A stretch of DNA of 63,935 nt, filler included, from Reclinomonas americana ATCC 50394 (GCA_048213135.1; 12 parts of 11 records of this genome joined end to end with filler, not necessarily neighbours in it); one strand, 5' to 3'; shown: positions 11,843-25,533, counted from the whole stretch's first letter. Notes: generated by a model from the letters alone, not told the origin. Numbers and translations are program-made.

Positions 11843-13852
11843 ATGGCACTACCGCCTCCACTCGACACCGCACGCGCAAACCCCTCCATCACCAGCGTCT
11901 TTGTCGAAAACGGAGGAAACACGTACGTCGCACACACACACACACATCTCTCTACACACACACGCACACTGTATCCACTCCCATCCTCCTCTCTAATATT
12001 ACTTATTAGTTGTTACGTGGACTCGACACTGGCCGCGCTTTTCGCAACGTCGAGCGTCTGTGATGAGTTGCTGGAGAAGGCGGTGTTGACGGGCGCCGGA
12101 GTTGAGGCGTTGGGCGCGCGGCCGCAGTCGGCGTTGCGTTGTTTTTTGTTAGAGAGCGGAGATGATAAAGAGAGTGAGAGAGAGAAAGAGAGAGAGAGAG
12201 ATTCTTGGTCGACGTTTTTGTTGTTGTTCTCTCGCTGAGTTTGTTGCTTGTTTGTGTGTGTGTCTGTGTGTGTGCTGTTCTTTCTTCTCTGTGAGAATTG
12301 ATCCGATCCTTTTTCTTTTTTTGTTGTTTTCAGTGTTTCGTTCTTCAGTGTCTTTGTGAGAGAGTGAGGAGTTGTGCTTGTTCTTCTTCCTCGTCCTCCT
12401 CCTTGTCGTCTTCTTTCTTCTCTTTCTCCTTCATCTGTTTCTGCTCCGTCTTGTTCTTCTTCTTCTCCCAACTTCGCCTTCATCTGCTTCTGCTCCTTCT
12501 TGTTCTTCTTCTTTCTCTTCTTCTTCTTCTTGTTCCTCTGCTTGTCTTGTTTGTTTGTTTGTTGATTTGAGGGAACACGCGGACGTGCTCGGCGTATTTT
12601 GTTGTCCACTCGTTTGGAGTGCTGCGTGGATTGATGCTGGTGACACGTAGAGGTGGACAGTTTCTGTCTCACTCTCTATCTCTGTCCCTCCCTCTCTCAC
12701 TCTTGCGCTGTATAGCAGCTCCTCATTGACCCACTTTCTTTGCTCTTTCCCCCTCACTCTGTGTCCCTCCCACTGTTGATGCCTCGTTCATCGTCTTGTG
12801 ACTGTTTAGTGCAGTCTTTGCTGGTTCTCTTTCTCTCTCTTCATCTCGCTCTCTATCGTTCATTGCCTTGCTCCTTGGCTCGCTTCTCATTTCTCTATTG
12901 TTCGCCCGTTCAGTGTCGTCCTTGCAGACGCAGGTACTTGTTTTTCAGCTTCGAGCGCGTCATTCTTTCCTTCCCTCTCTTTCTTTTCATTGTCTTTTTC
13001 TTTCTTTCATGCTCTCACTCTCCTCTCCATTCTGGCCAGCCGTGCGCTGACACTATCATGGAGCGCATTCCTCTTTCACTCTCGTGCTCTCTTCATCTGT
13101 CTCACTCTCTTTCTCTCTCTTTCTCTCTCTTTCTCTCTCTTTCTCTCTCTGCATCTCTCTCACTTCATCTTTCGCTCACTCTCCCCTCCCCATCGCCAGC
13201 GCCGACGCACAAGCCGCCATCCGCGAACTGTTTGTACGTCGCCTCCGCAGCGGTGACCTCATTCTGGCCGACCACATGAATGAGCTGCGCGCTGCGATGC
13301 GGCGGGCCGGCTGGGAGGTGCGTGCTGGCCATCCCTCCTCATTCACCAGCTTATGCTCACTCCGTGCACAGCCTTATCTGTATGTTCACAACCCCGGGCG
13401 ACGGGAGGAAGGTCTGTTTGCCTGCACACCTTGCCACTTCACGTGCCTATCTCACCGCCAGACGCAGAGCTGCCGAGACCTCAACAAGACGCCTCCGAGT
13501 TCCTCAGTTTTGTGCTGACCGTGCTGGAGGGGCCGTCGCTTCTGTACCGTCGGCGCACGCTGCATGGTGGAATGGAGGAGAGTTGTGATTTGGGTGCACT
13601 GGAGGCTGTGCCGTTCCTTGCGGTGAGTGGGTGGGGAACGGGAGGGAAAGGGGAGGGAAAGGGAGACGAGAGGAGAGAGCACACATATGGAGGAGAAGGG
13701 CAAGAAATGTATGGTTGCGCGTGGAAGACNNNNNNNNNNNNNNNNNNNNNNNNNNNNNNNNNNNNNNNNNNNNTTAATTAATTAANNNNNNNNNNNNNNN
13801 NNNNNNNNNNNNNNNNNNNNNNNNNNNNNTACGTTACGTTACGTCGTTCGTT

Positions 13853-13928
<76 letters not shown>

Positions 13929-14321
13929 GCGGATGAGAGGAGAATGGGTATGCAAGTCATTTAGAGGGTCTCACCGAGTTCCTCGTCGAACCGAGCAATC
14001 TTGCGCGGATCGTCCTTCCACTCGCGCAATTGTTCTTCGATTTTCCGTGTGAGCTGCGAGGAGGAGGAGGAAGGTGCAATCTTTATCATAGTCATTCAGT
14101 ATCGACTGAGAGGACGAAGAGGGAGAAAGGCTGCACCCACAACTGCGACCACACAAAGTGCATTAAAAGCACAACAGCAACGCAAGTGCAACAGGCGCAA
14201 GGCGAGAGAGAGAGATAGAGAGAGCGACAGCGAGAGGGAGAGAACCAAGAAAGAGGGCAAGAGAGAGAGAGTTTTGCTGCTTCCGTTTCTTCTGTTCATT
14301 TTCTTCACCATTTCTCACTCT

Positions 14322-14359
<38 letters not shown>

Positions 14360-17300
14360 NNNNNNNNNNNNNNNNNNNNNNNNNNNNNNNNNNNNNNNNN
14401 NNNNNNNNNNNNNNNNNNNNNNNNNNNNNNNNNNNNNNNNNNNNNNNNNNNNNNNNNNNNNNNNNNNNNNNNNNNNNNNNNNNNNNNNNNNNNNNNNNNN
14501 NNNNNNNNNNNNNNNNNNNNNNNNNNNNNNNNNNNNNNNNNNNNNNNNNNNNNNNNNNNNNNNNNNNNNNNNNNNNNNNNNNNNNNNNNNNNNNNNNNNN
14601 NNNNNNNNNNNNNNNNNNNNNNNNNNNNNNNNNNNNNNNNNNNNNNNNNNNNNNNNNNNNNNNNNNNNNNNNNNNNNNNNNNNNNNNNNNNNNNNNNNNN
14701 NNNNNNNNNNNNNNNNNNNNNNNNNNNNNNNNNNNNNNNNNNNNNNNNNNNNNNNNNNNNNNNNNNNNNNNNNNNNNNNNNNNNNNNNNNNNNNNNNNNN
14801 NNNNNNNNNNNNNNNNNNNNNNNNNNNNNNNNNNNNNNNNNNNNNNNNNNNNNNNNNNNNNNNNNNNNNNNNNNNNNNNNNNNNNNNNNNNNNNNNNNNN
14901 NNNNNNNNNNNNNNNNNNNNNNNNNNNNNNNNNNNNNNNNNNNNNNNNNNNNNNNNNNNNNNNNNNNNNNNNNNNNNNNNNNNNNNNNNNNNNNNNNNNN
15001 NNNNNNNNNNNNNNNNNNNNNNNNNNNNNNNNNNNNNNNNNNNNNNNNNNNNNNNNNNNNNNNNNNNNNNNNNNNNNNNNNNNNNNNNNNNNNNNNNNNN
15101 NNNNNNNNNNNNNNNNNNNNNNNNNNNNNNNNNNNNNNNNNNNNNNNNNNNNNNNNNNNNNNNNNNNNNNNNNNNNNNNNNNNNNNNNNNNNNNNNNNNN
15201 NNNNNNNNNNNNNNNNNNNNNNNNNNNNNNNNNNNNNNNNNNNNNNNNNNNNNNNNNNNNNNNNNNNNNNNNNNNNNNNNNNNNNNNNNNNNNNNNNNNN
15301 NNNNNNNNNNNNNNNNNNNNCCCTCCCTCCCTCCCCTTCCCTGACACCCTTTCCCTCCCACAGCTCGCCCTCCCGGGCGACCTCCGCGAACCCTCCGGCG
15401 ACGACGTCATCTTCTCCCTCGACCGCATGCTCGACTCTTGGTTCTTCGACAACCTCGTGTCGGATGGCGTCGAGCGCTCCCTCGTCATGTCCGGCTCATG
15501 GTCGCAGCCGCCGTCCGTCGGCTTTGGCCGCCCCGACAGCAAGGGCAGCGGTGTGTCCACCCCCGTCACTCCTGACGGCACGGGTGTGACACCGGGCGGC
15601 GGTGGCATGCGTGTACGTCAGTCGGTGCCGGCACTGAACACGTACTCGCTGGCCAGCCTGCCCTCCATGCTCCCGCTGTGTGTCAAGCGATTCCGCAACG
15701 ACGGCAGCAAGGTCAAGAATCTGGTCACGGTGCCGCCCACGCTCACACTCGATCGCTTCTTTGCGAGTGATCCGAGCTTTGCGTGGCTGACTGGTGTGCC
15801 GTGGAATCTGCGCTCCATTGTGTGTCATTTGGGGGATACCGTGGCTGCAGGTGAGTTTAGAAGGCAAAGGCGGATCTCATTCTCCCTTGCTCTTCCCCTT
15901 TTTCTTGTGACTTGTTGTCCTCGTTCATTTCCCCTTGGTCTTCCTCCCTCGCCGTGTGTCTCTCTCTCTTCTTTCTCTCCCTTCTTTCTCTCCCCCATCC
16001 TCTCTCCCTTCTTTCTCTTCCCCCTTGCTCTTCCCTCTTCTCCTCTCCCATACTCTCCCCCGTGCTCGCCCCCCTTCTTTTCTCCTTCTCNNNNNNNNNN
16101 NNNNNNNNNNNNNNNNNNNNNNNNNNNNNNNNNNTTAATTAATTAANNNNNNNNNNNNNNNNNNNNNNNNNNNNNNNNNNNNNNNNNNNNCCCCCTTCTC
16201 TCCCCCTTCTCTCCCCCTTCTTCCCCTTCTCTCCCTTTCCCCTCATCTCCTTCCCTCCCCTCCAGGCCACTACGTCGCCTACCTCTCCTGCAAGGCGACG
16301 GAGGGCGACGCACACTGGTTCCGCTTCGACGACGCCATGAATCCCACCGTGCAGCCGGTGCGCCTGGAGAACTGTGTGGAGCCGTTCACCGACGGCTACA
16401 TTTTCTTTTACGAACTCGACGTGCCGGCGTACCAGCGTGCGTGCGATGCTGCGCTGGCCTCGACAAGGGTATGTCGGTGTTGTTCATGCGACTGTTCATG
16501 GCGGTTGCTGAGATTTTGTGTGCAGTCCGACAGCATCGGCACCCCGTCGTCGGCTGGCGACTCGTGGCTCGACACGCCCGGCTACCCCACTCCCGACGGT
16601 CCGGGAGCTGTGTTTTCCACCACTCCCATGAGGGCGCCACAGCCTCCGCCGCCACCTCCGCCACCACCGCAGCCCCTGATCCCCACGGCAGATTTGATGC
16701 AGGTGCCAGCACACCCACCGTCACCACCACCGCCCTACGATGCCAGCTCGGATCGCACGCCACTGCTCACAGAGGAGCGCATGCGCAACAAGGCGTTTGC
16801 CGACACGGACGACTGGTGGGATCTCAGTCCGACGTCCGCCACGCCTCCGCCAGTGCCAGCGTCGCCACCGCGGCCGGCGACAGTGCCTGCAGTGCCTGCC
16901 GCGCAGCCTTCACTCACCGTGACATTTTCCGCGGGCTCTGCTCTGTCATCGTCGTCGTCGCTGTCGTCGTCGTCGTCACCGACACCCATCGACGGTCACG
17001 TGGCCACACTGGCGTCGGGGTCGGTGCAGATCATTGCGGATCATTTTGCGGCTGTGGGTGAGTGTGCTTCTGTTTCCCTTGTCCACGATTTCCGCTCAAG
17101 AAGTCGTTTGCGCAGATGCCACGGGGACTCCCGTCGCTCGGCCGCACCCGACGCTGGTGTACCATAGGCTGCCGATGCCGTTGCAGGTATTGGTCTCGGG
17201 TCCGCGTCCGCAGTCCATGTACCGGGTGTTGGAGGCGGAGGATCCGTTGGTGGGTAAATGGGAAAGGGAGGGGGAAGGAAGAGAGAAGAGAGGGGGAAAG

Positions 17301-19395
17301 GGAGGAAAAGGGGAAGATGGGCAAAGGGGGGCGGGAAAAGGGAGAAGGGAGAAGGGAGAAGGGGAGAGAACAGAGGGGGAAGGTACGGGAATGCGAGAGA
17401 AGGGAAAGGGAATGCGAGAGACAGCGAGACAGCGCGAGATCGAAAGAAAATGAAGCGCAGAGAAGAACGGGAAAGCGAAGCAAACCGCAGAAAAATGAGG
17501 AAATGTAGAGGGCAGAGACACAGAGAGTGGAGAAGAAGCATTGTTTCTCTGACGAGTGACTGAGAGTGGGGAGAGGGAATGGCGGGCAGAGACAGCAAGC
17601 AATGTGTCTGTCATTTTCTCGCCCTTGTGGACTTTCTTATTCTGCATGCCTCAATTTCTGTTTTCTTTTGGCTTGCTCTTTCTGTGAGGAGTTGAAAAGA
17701 GGGAGGAGGAGCTTAGAAAACATGACGAGAGAGAGAGATAACGAGAAATACAATGAAAACTCATTGAGGAAAAGAGGAGAGGGAAAAAAGGAGAAAGGAC
17801 ACAAACACTGAGTGAACAGGGAGTGAAAGAGTGCGAGAGAGCTGTATATCGAGAGACAGAGGAAGAGAGTGAAAATAGAGAAATATGGGAAGTGAGGAAG
17901 TCAGATACACGGAGACGGATGAGGAGAGATCGAGCAACGAGAGTCAGAATGTGCTAGTGGATGCGAAAGGGACGGACAGAAGTGGTAAGAATTGGACGCT
18001 CATCTCCCTTTCCATTCTACGCAGGGTGAGCCGAACACGAGGGGCGAGTTCGTCACCGAGGTCACAGTTCCCGAGCAATTGCCGTATGTGTGCATTTCAC
18101 TGCATGAGGATGTGGTGGAGGCATTTGTGGTGAGTGCGACTTGTGAGAATGTCTGCAAGGAACTCGCTCTCATATGTGCTGGACAGGCGTCGCAAGAACC
18201 GAGACCCGAGCAGCGTCGCTTCTGGTCACTCCTTCCGGAGTGCAAGCTGGTGGTGCGAGCCACTGACGCACTGAGCATTATTGTTGGGCAGCCGGCGGAA
18301 TGGTTTGTGGATGGAGAGAGAGGGAAAGGAGAGAGAGAGAGGGAGAAGAGAAGAGAAGAGAGGGAGGGAGGGAAGAAGAGNNNNNNNNNNNNNNNNNNNN
18401 NNNNNNNNNNNNNNNNNNNNNNNNNNNNNNNNNNNNNNNNNNNNNNNNNNNNNNNNNNNNNNNNNNNNNNNNNNNNNNNNNNNNNNNNNNNNNNNNNNNN
18501 NNNNNNNNNNNNNNNNNNNNNNNNNNNNNNNNNNNNNNNNNNNNNNNNNNNNNNNNNNNNNNNNNNNNNNNNNNNNNNNNNNNNNNNNNNNNNNNNNNNN
18601 NNNNNNNNNNNNNNNNNNNNNNNNNNNNNNNNNNNNNNNNNNNNNNNNNNNNNNNNNNNNNNNNNNNNNNNNNNNNNNNNNNNNNNNNNNNNNNNNNNNN
18701 NNNNNNNNNNNNNNNNNNNNGGGGGAGAGACAGAGCGAGAGAGAGAGAAAGAGAGACGGATGGGGGAAAGAAGGAGAGAGAGGGCGGGGGGACAAGGGGA
18801 GAGGGAAGGAGAGAGAAGGAGAGAGAAGGAGAGGGAGGGAGGGGAAGAAGAGAGAGGGATGGAGGAAGAAGAAGAGAGCGAAGGAGAGAGAGGGGGGACG
18901 AGAGCGAGAGAGGGAGAAGAAGAGAGAGAAGAAGAGGGAGACAGACAGAGAGAGAGAGAGCAGAGGTGGATAGAATTACGAAATCTGCGTGCTCGTAGTT
19001 GATATCTTTATGCTCTCCTTTTCGACACGTGAATATTGTTCTCTTCGCATCTCGCTTCGTTGTCCCTCTCAGCTGTTTTGCTGTCAGAAAATAACAGCTG
19101 TGGATGCACAGAAATCGAAGATTTAAGATAGAGCGCTTCGTTGTCCCTCTCAGTCTGGTGACGACAGGAAGCGAGTGGGAATTTAGGCGTGCCTCTGCGA
19201 TCCTCACCCTCCTCCTTCTCTCCCCCGCCCCTCCGCAGGACAAATCTCGGCTCAATCACCATCGACAGCCCGACACTGATTGCACCCGTGCAGGCCCTCG
19301 GCCGTCGCGTGCTCCTCAAGCTCACCGTCGTGCCCAAGGAGGCGATGTCGCCGGCGGCCAGCGAGTATGCGCCGCCCGTGTGCTCCGTGCAGTGA
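11843..19395 (+). CDS. Ubiquitin-specific protease (peptidase C19/USP) with Pro-rich linker, C-terminal domain and terminal CaaX motif
   Basis: Spliced Cys box ENGGNT|CYVDSTLAALF, then QQDASEFL, LPLCVKRF, and His box LRSIVCHLGDTVAAG|HYVAY...WFRFDD...GYIFFYE. The last exon ends CSVQ-stop. The model crosses gaps. Confidence 0.85.
13854..13927 (+). repeat. (CA)n microsatellite, intronic
   Basis: Direct inspection. Confidence 0.9.
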
Positions 19396-19479
19396 GCTCC
19401 TGTTGTACATGCCGTTGTGTGTTTTTGTGTGTGAATCGATTGCATGTTATGGTTATGATTATTACGCTTGTCGATTGAT

Positions 19480-22400
19480 TCATTCTGCTTCCACCACTGT
19501 GGCGAAGCCGTTGTCGAGGACGCGTAGCGCCTCTTCGACTTTGTTGCTGTCCACCAGGAGGAAGTCCTCGGAATACCTGAGAAGTGAAAGGGAAGAGGGA
19601 TGAGGGGGAAGGGGGATGAGGGGGAAGGAAGAGGGAAAAGAGGAGAGGGAGTGACGGAGACGAGGGAGGGGAAGGTGAAGAACACAAGAAAGAGCAGTGA
19701 AGAGCGGAGGGGACAGAAGGAAGGAGAACAGGGAGAAGGGAGAGGAGATGGGAGAATGGTCATCAAGACAGCTGTCGCTTTTGTTGGTGAATGAATTGTT
19801 GAGGGAAAAAAGACAAAGAAAGAAAGAAGAGATGAGAGAGGAGACGGAGACAGGTAATAGCGGCATTGGAAAGAGAAGCGGAACTGGAGAGAACGAGAAG
19901 AGGAGAGCGCAGTCAAGAGAGAGATGGGAGTCCTGCTTTTCTCTTTTGTGCAAACTTGACGTCTGCTGCTCCCTCCCTTCTCCCTTTCCCTTTCCTCCTT
20001 TCCCCCTTTCCCCCTTTCCCCTTCTCCCCCTCTGCACGCAACGTGGACAAGTAGAAAATGGAAATATGATGGCGCGCCAGCGGATTGCTGAGCATGTTGA
20101 CCGAGTGGTCGTCGCCCGAGCCCGACGCCGAGTTGCTCAACCGCATCGGCACCCACGACGACGAGTGCGCTACGAGCTTGTCACGCACTCGTGCCGGCAG
20201 CGACGCCCACCGCTCCTCCTCCACAATCACCGACACGTTCTTTTCGTCCCACGACATGGACAAGAAGTCGCTGCTTGACAGGGAAAGTGAGCACGCACCC
20301 TCGCTCCCTCCGACCCTTTTGCAAGGCACGACGCAACCCTTCATCCAGCAAAAAGAGCCGCACAAACTCGGCCAGGCAGTGCTCGAAAAACACCGCGCGC
20401 TCCGCATGCACCGTCATCACCCTCCTCGTCAGCGGCTGCACGACCACGCGCTGCTCCTCCGGCACCGACTCGGCGTCGTCGGCGTCCATGGCGACTGCCA
20501 CCACCGCGTCCTCTTCCCTGCGCTTGTCGGCCTTGAGTGCTCTGCTCAGGGCCTCGGTGGCCTCGACGAGTTCCTCCTCGCGCACGAGGAGGAGGTCAGA
20601 GTCGACGAGGGAGAGGTAGACGAGGGGGAGGTTGCGTTGGGCGAGGGGGCGGGCGAGGCCGGCGATGAGGCCGGTGGAGCCGAGGAGGTCGACGCCTTCC
20701 TCGACCTGGAGGGTAAAAGGGGAAGGAGTGAGGAAAGGGGAAGGGAGGGGAATAAGGGGAAGGGAGGGAGAATAAATGAGAAGGAGAGAGGGACGGGGAA
20801 GGGGTGGACCGAGGGCAAGCGAGATAAGGAGAGAAGGGAGGCAAGGGGCAGAATTGCAGCGAATGAGGAAAGTTGACAAGAAGAACGACGGAGTGGTCAA
20901 GGGAGAAAGAGGCGAGACAGGAAGAAATAAGAAAGAGCATAAACCAAGGCCGAAAGAACAGAAAGAAACAGCTTAACGCAAGGCAGAAAAAACAAGGAAG
21001 TGAGATCCGAAGCACAATCTTCGAGACAAAGAGTGACTGAGCAGCAGAGAAAGAGGAAAAGATAGCAAGAGAGTGCGCAGGAGAAAACAGAGAGAAAGTG
21101 AAAACAAGAACGGAGTTGGTCAGACAGAAAGACAGAGGAGACAGGAAGGAAAGAAAGAGAACAAAAAAGCAAGAGAGAGAGAGAGAGAGAGAGAGAAACA
21201 GCAAGAATTCGGAGTGAAGAGAATAAGAGACAAGAAAAATGAACAAAAAACAGACAGAGAGAGCGAGAAAGAGAGAATGGGACAACAGACAAAGTGAAGA
21301 GAAAGAGATGAGAGAGACAACAACAAACGAAAGACGCCAAGAACAGAGAGAGAGACTAAAAGGGAGCAGCAATAAAGGCAGACAAAGCAGGACAGACGGA
21401 TTGAGAGATAGCCCGCACGCAAGCCGCACAGAGAGAAGAGTGCACAAACAAAGAGAGACAGGTTCGATATCACCGCTGAAATACCTTGATGGCGCGATAC
21501 GAGTCACTGCTCACGACAATGGCACTGCGCGTGTGGCCTGCTCCCACGGGCACCGGCACGCACTTGCTCTGCGCGGCTCGAACATCGGCGTCGGTCAGCA
21601 GCAATGAGAGACCGCCTTCGTGTGTCCGCGTAATGTTGAGTACTGTTGAGTCACTGCGCGCGCGCGAATGCACGTGAGACACACGGCCGAACGAATGCAG
21701 AGAGATGTGGACTTTCGTGGTGCGAGAAGTTGATGTCGTGCAAGAGTGGGCAGGCAGGAGAAGAGTGCAGAAAAAGCGGGCTGCAAGATGAGGATTTAAG
21801 GAAGATAGACAACAAGAGTTCAAGGACAAGGATTGAAGGGGTTGAGGAACAAGGGTTGAGGGTTCGTAGACAGGGGGTTTGGGTGCAGAGTATTTTGTAG
21901 GTAGAGGGTTGAGGGGCAAGGGTCAAGGGGCAAGGGTTGGAGGAGTGCATGAAAAGCTCGTGGAACGCGAATTTGAAGAGCGGCGGAGGATATCGGAAAC
22001 AGGGAATAGAGTGCAAGAGAATGGAGCACTGTGAGAGACAGAGAAGGAGTGCAGGCGCTCTTCCAACAGCTCAGAGAAGAGAGAAGGGAAAGGAGAGCGA
22101 AAGGGAGATTCTCGTGCGCGAGGAGAGTCGCCCGACCAATCATGCAACAAACAGAAAGAGCGAAAGAAAAGGAGGGAGTAAGAGAGGAGGGAAGAAAGCT
22201 CTCAGAGGAGGCACACGTGCCTGCGAGAGAAGCAGGGGAGAAAAAGGGAAAAGAGTTCCGGAATCGAACACGCACGGTGTTGGTTGGGAGGTGCATGCCA
22301 CTCACTCATTCTCTCGCGCACACACAGGCACACACACGCACGAGCGCACACTTTCTCACTCTCACATTGAGCAAGCGCGGAGAAATGCCACTGCAGTCAA

Positions 22401-22644
22401 AAAAGACAAACTCTTTCTCTCGAGTTCTCTTCTCACACAAACACACATACACACAGCACCTTCTCTGCCTCTTTCTCTGTGTGTGTGTGTGTGAGTGTCT
22501 CAAGAGAGAGAGATGGACTCACCCGTGATAGAGCACATGCAACACGCCGAGAGCCGCGTGTGACACGTGCACGGGAGACACCGCGCAGAGGGAGAGTGTC
22601 TGGGTGAGTTGGCGCGAGGAGAGCGCAGGGAAGCGGGTTTGCAT
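19480..22644 (-). CDS. CASTOR/GATS-like tandem ACT-domain protein (5 exons)
   Basis: Spliced product has LNITRTHEGGLSLLL, YRAIK|VEEG...TGLIAGLARPLAQRNLPLVYLSLVDSDLLLV, FLSMSWDEKNVSVIV and LSNPLARHHISIFYLST|YSEDFLLV...ALRVL. This is the duplicated ACT pattern of the CASTOR family. Confidence 0.85.
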
Positions 22645-23190
22645 GAGGAGAGGATATTGAGAGAAGGAGGTGTCTCTTTTCGCGTGTGAGAAGTGAGAGA
22701 CTTTTTTCGTGGTCGAAGATGCGGAGATTCCAATTATTGGCGGCTCTTTTTATTGGTTTTTAAAGTGGCTGTGCAGGTGTGGAGGTGGGGGTGTATGAGA
22801 GAGAGTGGCGTGTGGGGGAGACAAGACAGCTGGCACTGCGGGGAGGTCGAGACAAGAAAGCGAACGCGACGTCGACGTCGAGTGTTTCTTGTTCCTTTGC
22901 TTTCCCGGCAAGGGAGGAGGGGAAGGTGCTGCTGCAAGGAGGGCCCGAGGTGGTCTGTAAGTGGCGCTGGTACTGATACATGCGCATGAAAGCAGGGTGC
23001 ATTTGGTGACGTCGACGTCGCTGCAAAGTGTGCACTTGCTTCGTTGGCGATGTTTGAGGCGTGCACGAACACACTGGTTGGTTCGTCGTCGGAGTTTGCA
23101 GGCAGTTCAAGAGGTTGCAAGCTGGTCACTGCACAGTCCTGTCACTCATCAACTTCGTTGTGTGTTTGTTGTCAGAGTGCACAACAACGG

Positions 23191-25488
23191 ATGGGTGCAG
23201 CTCAGAGGAAAGCGTGGGAGATGGCGAGTGATGGCGATGTGAATGCGCTGCGCGAGTTGGTGAAGCGGAAGGGCGCACAGACGCTGCTGAAGAGAAAGGA
23301 GATGGATGTGTAGCAGCTCGGCATTTTACAATGCCACTCGCAATGGCCCTCTCTCTGTGTTGGAGTATTTGTGGGAGGAGAGTGGTGTCGGGCCACAACT
23401 CGCACTGTTGGTCGACGACAAAGGCTGGACTCCACTGATGCAGGCTGCCGGCGTTGGGCATCTGCACGTGGTGGAGTGGTTGCTTGCCGATGAGCGACGA
23501 TGTCCGCCGGAGATGGTGCGGGCGGTCTCCAATGACCGTGACACTTATCCACAGTCGACGGCACTGCATTGGGCTGCCTGGCAAGGCTACGAAGCCGTGG
23601 TGCGACTCCTCGCCACTCGCTTTCCCGACCTCATTCCCATGGTCGACAACAAGGGCAAGACGGCGGCTCAGTGGGCACGTGACTTCGGCAAGCAAGAAGT
23701 GGCCGAGTTGCTCGACCGCCTCGCTGCGCAGCCAGCACCACCACGTCGCCAACAACAACAACAACAAGAACAGCCGCGACCGGCTCCTTCACCTCCTCCA
23801 CCGCCTCCGCAACAAGGTGTGCTCACTATTGCTACTGTCGACGATCTCTTCCTGCTCGCTCACTCTCCCGCCTCTTGTATCCATCGGTGACCCACAGCTC
23901 CGGCACGCCAGGTGAGTCTGGCGCGCTTCTACCGCATCTTGTAGGCCCCGCCTGATTCCCGTCTCTCATGCTCTTGTTCTCTATGTGCAGGCTTCTGCAC
24001 CGGTGGCGCCAGCCGGTGATGATTCTACGCTGGGCCGCCAGCTCGCCGAAAAGGATGCACTCAACGCCCAACTTCAACGCGACCTCGCCGCAGCGCAGCA
24101 GCAACAACGAGAATGGGAACGGCAGCGACGAGAACATGAAAGCGCCGTGGCTCAGCTTCAACGAACAAACGCAGGGCTCCAACAGAGCAAGGCCGAGATG
24201 GAGCGGCGGAACGAGGAGCTGCGACAAGGCATGGCCGACGAGGAACGGAAGAATGCCCACCTGCAGCGAACCATTACAGATCTCCAGCAACGCAGCGCAG
24301 AGGAGCAGCAGAGGAACGCGCAGTTGCAGCAAGGCAACACCCAGCTGCAAGCCGAACGGGATCGGGTCGTCTCCCTTTTGACCGTGGCTCTGCGTGACAA
24401 GGACGACCTCGCCGCGCAGCTGCACGAGAAGGACCAACTCGTCTCCCAGTTGCGACAGGATCTCCTCCTCGCCCAAGGTCTGTCTCTTGCCCTCCTTCTT
24501 CCTGATGATGTGCTTCCATGTTCTGTTCTGTGTCCTTCGTTCTCTCCATTTCTCATTTCCATTGACTTCCGCAGTCGACACTGCCGTGCAGCGCTTCGAG
24601 TGGCCGGAAATTTTACTCGCCACCGACTCTTTCTCCCCCCGCCTCAAGGTCGGCGAGGGTGGTCAGGGTGCTGTCTATATCGCTCTGCTTCGCGAGATGC
24701 ATGTGGCCATCAAGGTGCTCGATCAGGAAGCACCGTGGACGATGGAGTCGTTTGAGAGTGAGGTCTGTGTCTCCCCTCTTCTGCTTCTTCCCACTCTTCT
24801 CCTCATGTCCCTTCTTTGCTTTTGCAGGTGGCCACCCTCGGACGCCTGCGCAACCGTCGTATTGTGCCTCTTGTCGGTTACTCGGTGGGCGACGACAAGG
24901 CACGCTGTCTCGTGTACAAGGCCCTGCAGTGCGTGTTCATCTCTCTCTCTCTCTCTCATCAGTCATCGTCTCACTGAGGGAGCACACAGAGTTCCGAATC
25001 TGGAAGATCTGTTGCTGCTGCCACGAGCAGGTCGTGCGCCACTCACGGTCGTGCAGCGTGTGCAGATTGGTCTCGGACTGGCAGAGGCCGTGGTGTTCTT
25101 GCACAAGGTCAGCTGGAAGAGAACACCTTTCTGCATCTTTTATTCTTCCTCTGAGGCAGCCTTTCTCTCTATCTTTTCCACTCTTCTCTCCTGTCGCTCA
25201 CTTTACCGTGTTCGACGCTCCCTGTCTCTCTCTCTCTCTCTCTCTCGATNNNNNNNNNNNNNNNNNNNNNNNNNNNNNNNNNNNNNNNNNNNNTTAATTA
25301 ATTAANNNNNNNNNNNNNNNNNNNNNNNNNNNNNNNNNNNNNNNNNNNNACGAAGGACCGGTACGGTGGGTTCGTTTGTCGTCAACGTACGAGACTGAGA
25401 GAACTCTCTTTTTTCTCTCGGAGCTTCTCTCTATCTTTCCTACTCTTCTCTCCTCGTCGCTCACTTACCGTTCGTTCGTACGCTCCTC

Positions 25489-25533
<45 letters not shown>

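Noticed and set aside
20035..20045. Apparent non-canonical donor in the CASTOR-like gene
   Set aside because: The canonical AC|GTTGCG donor gives the expected STYSEDF sequence.
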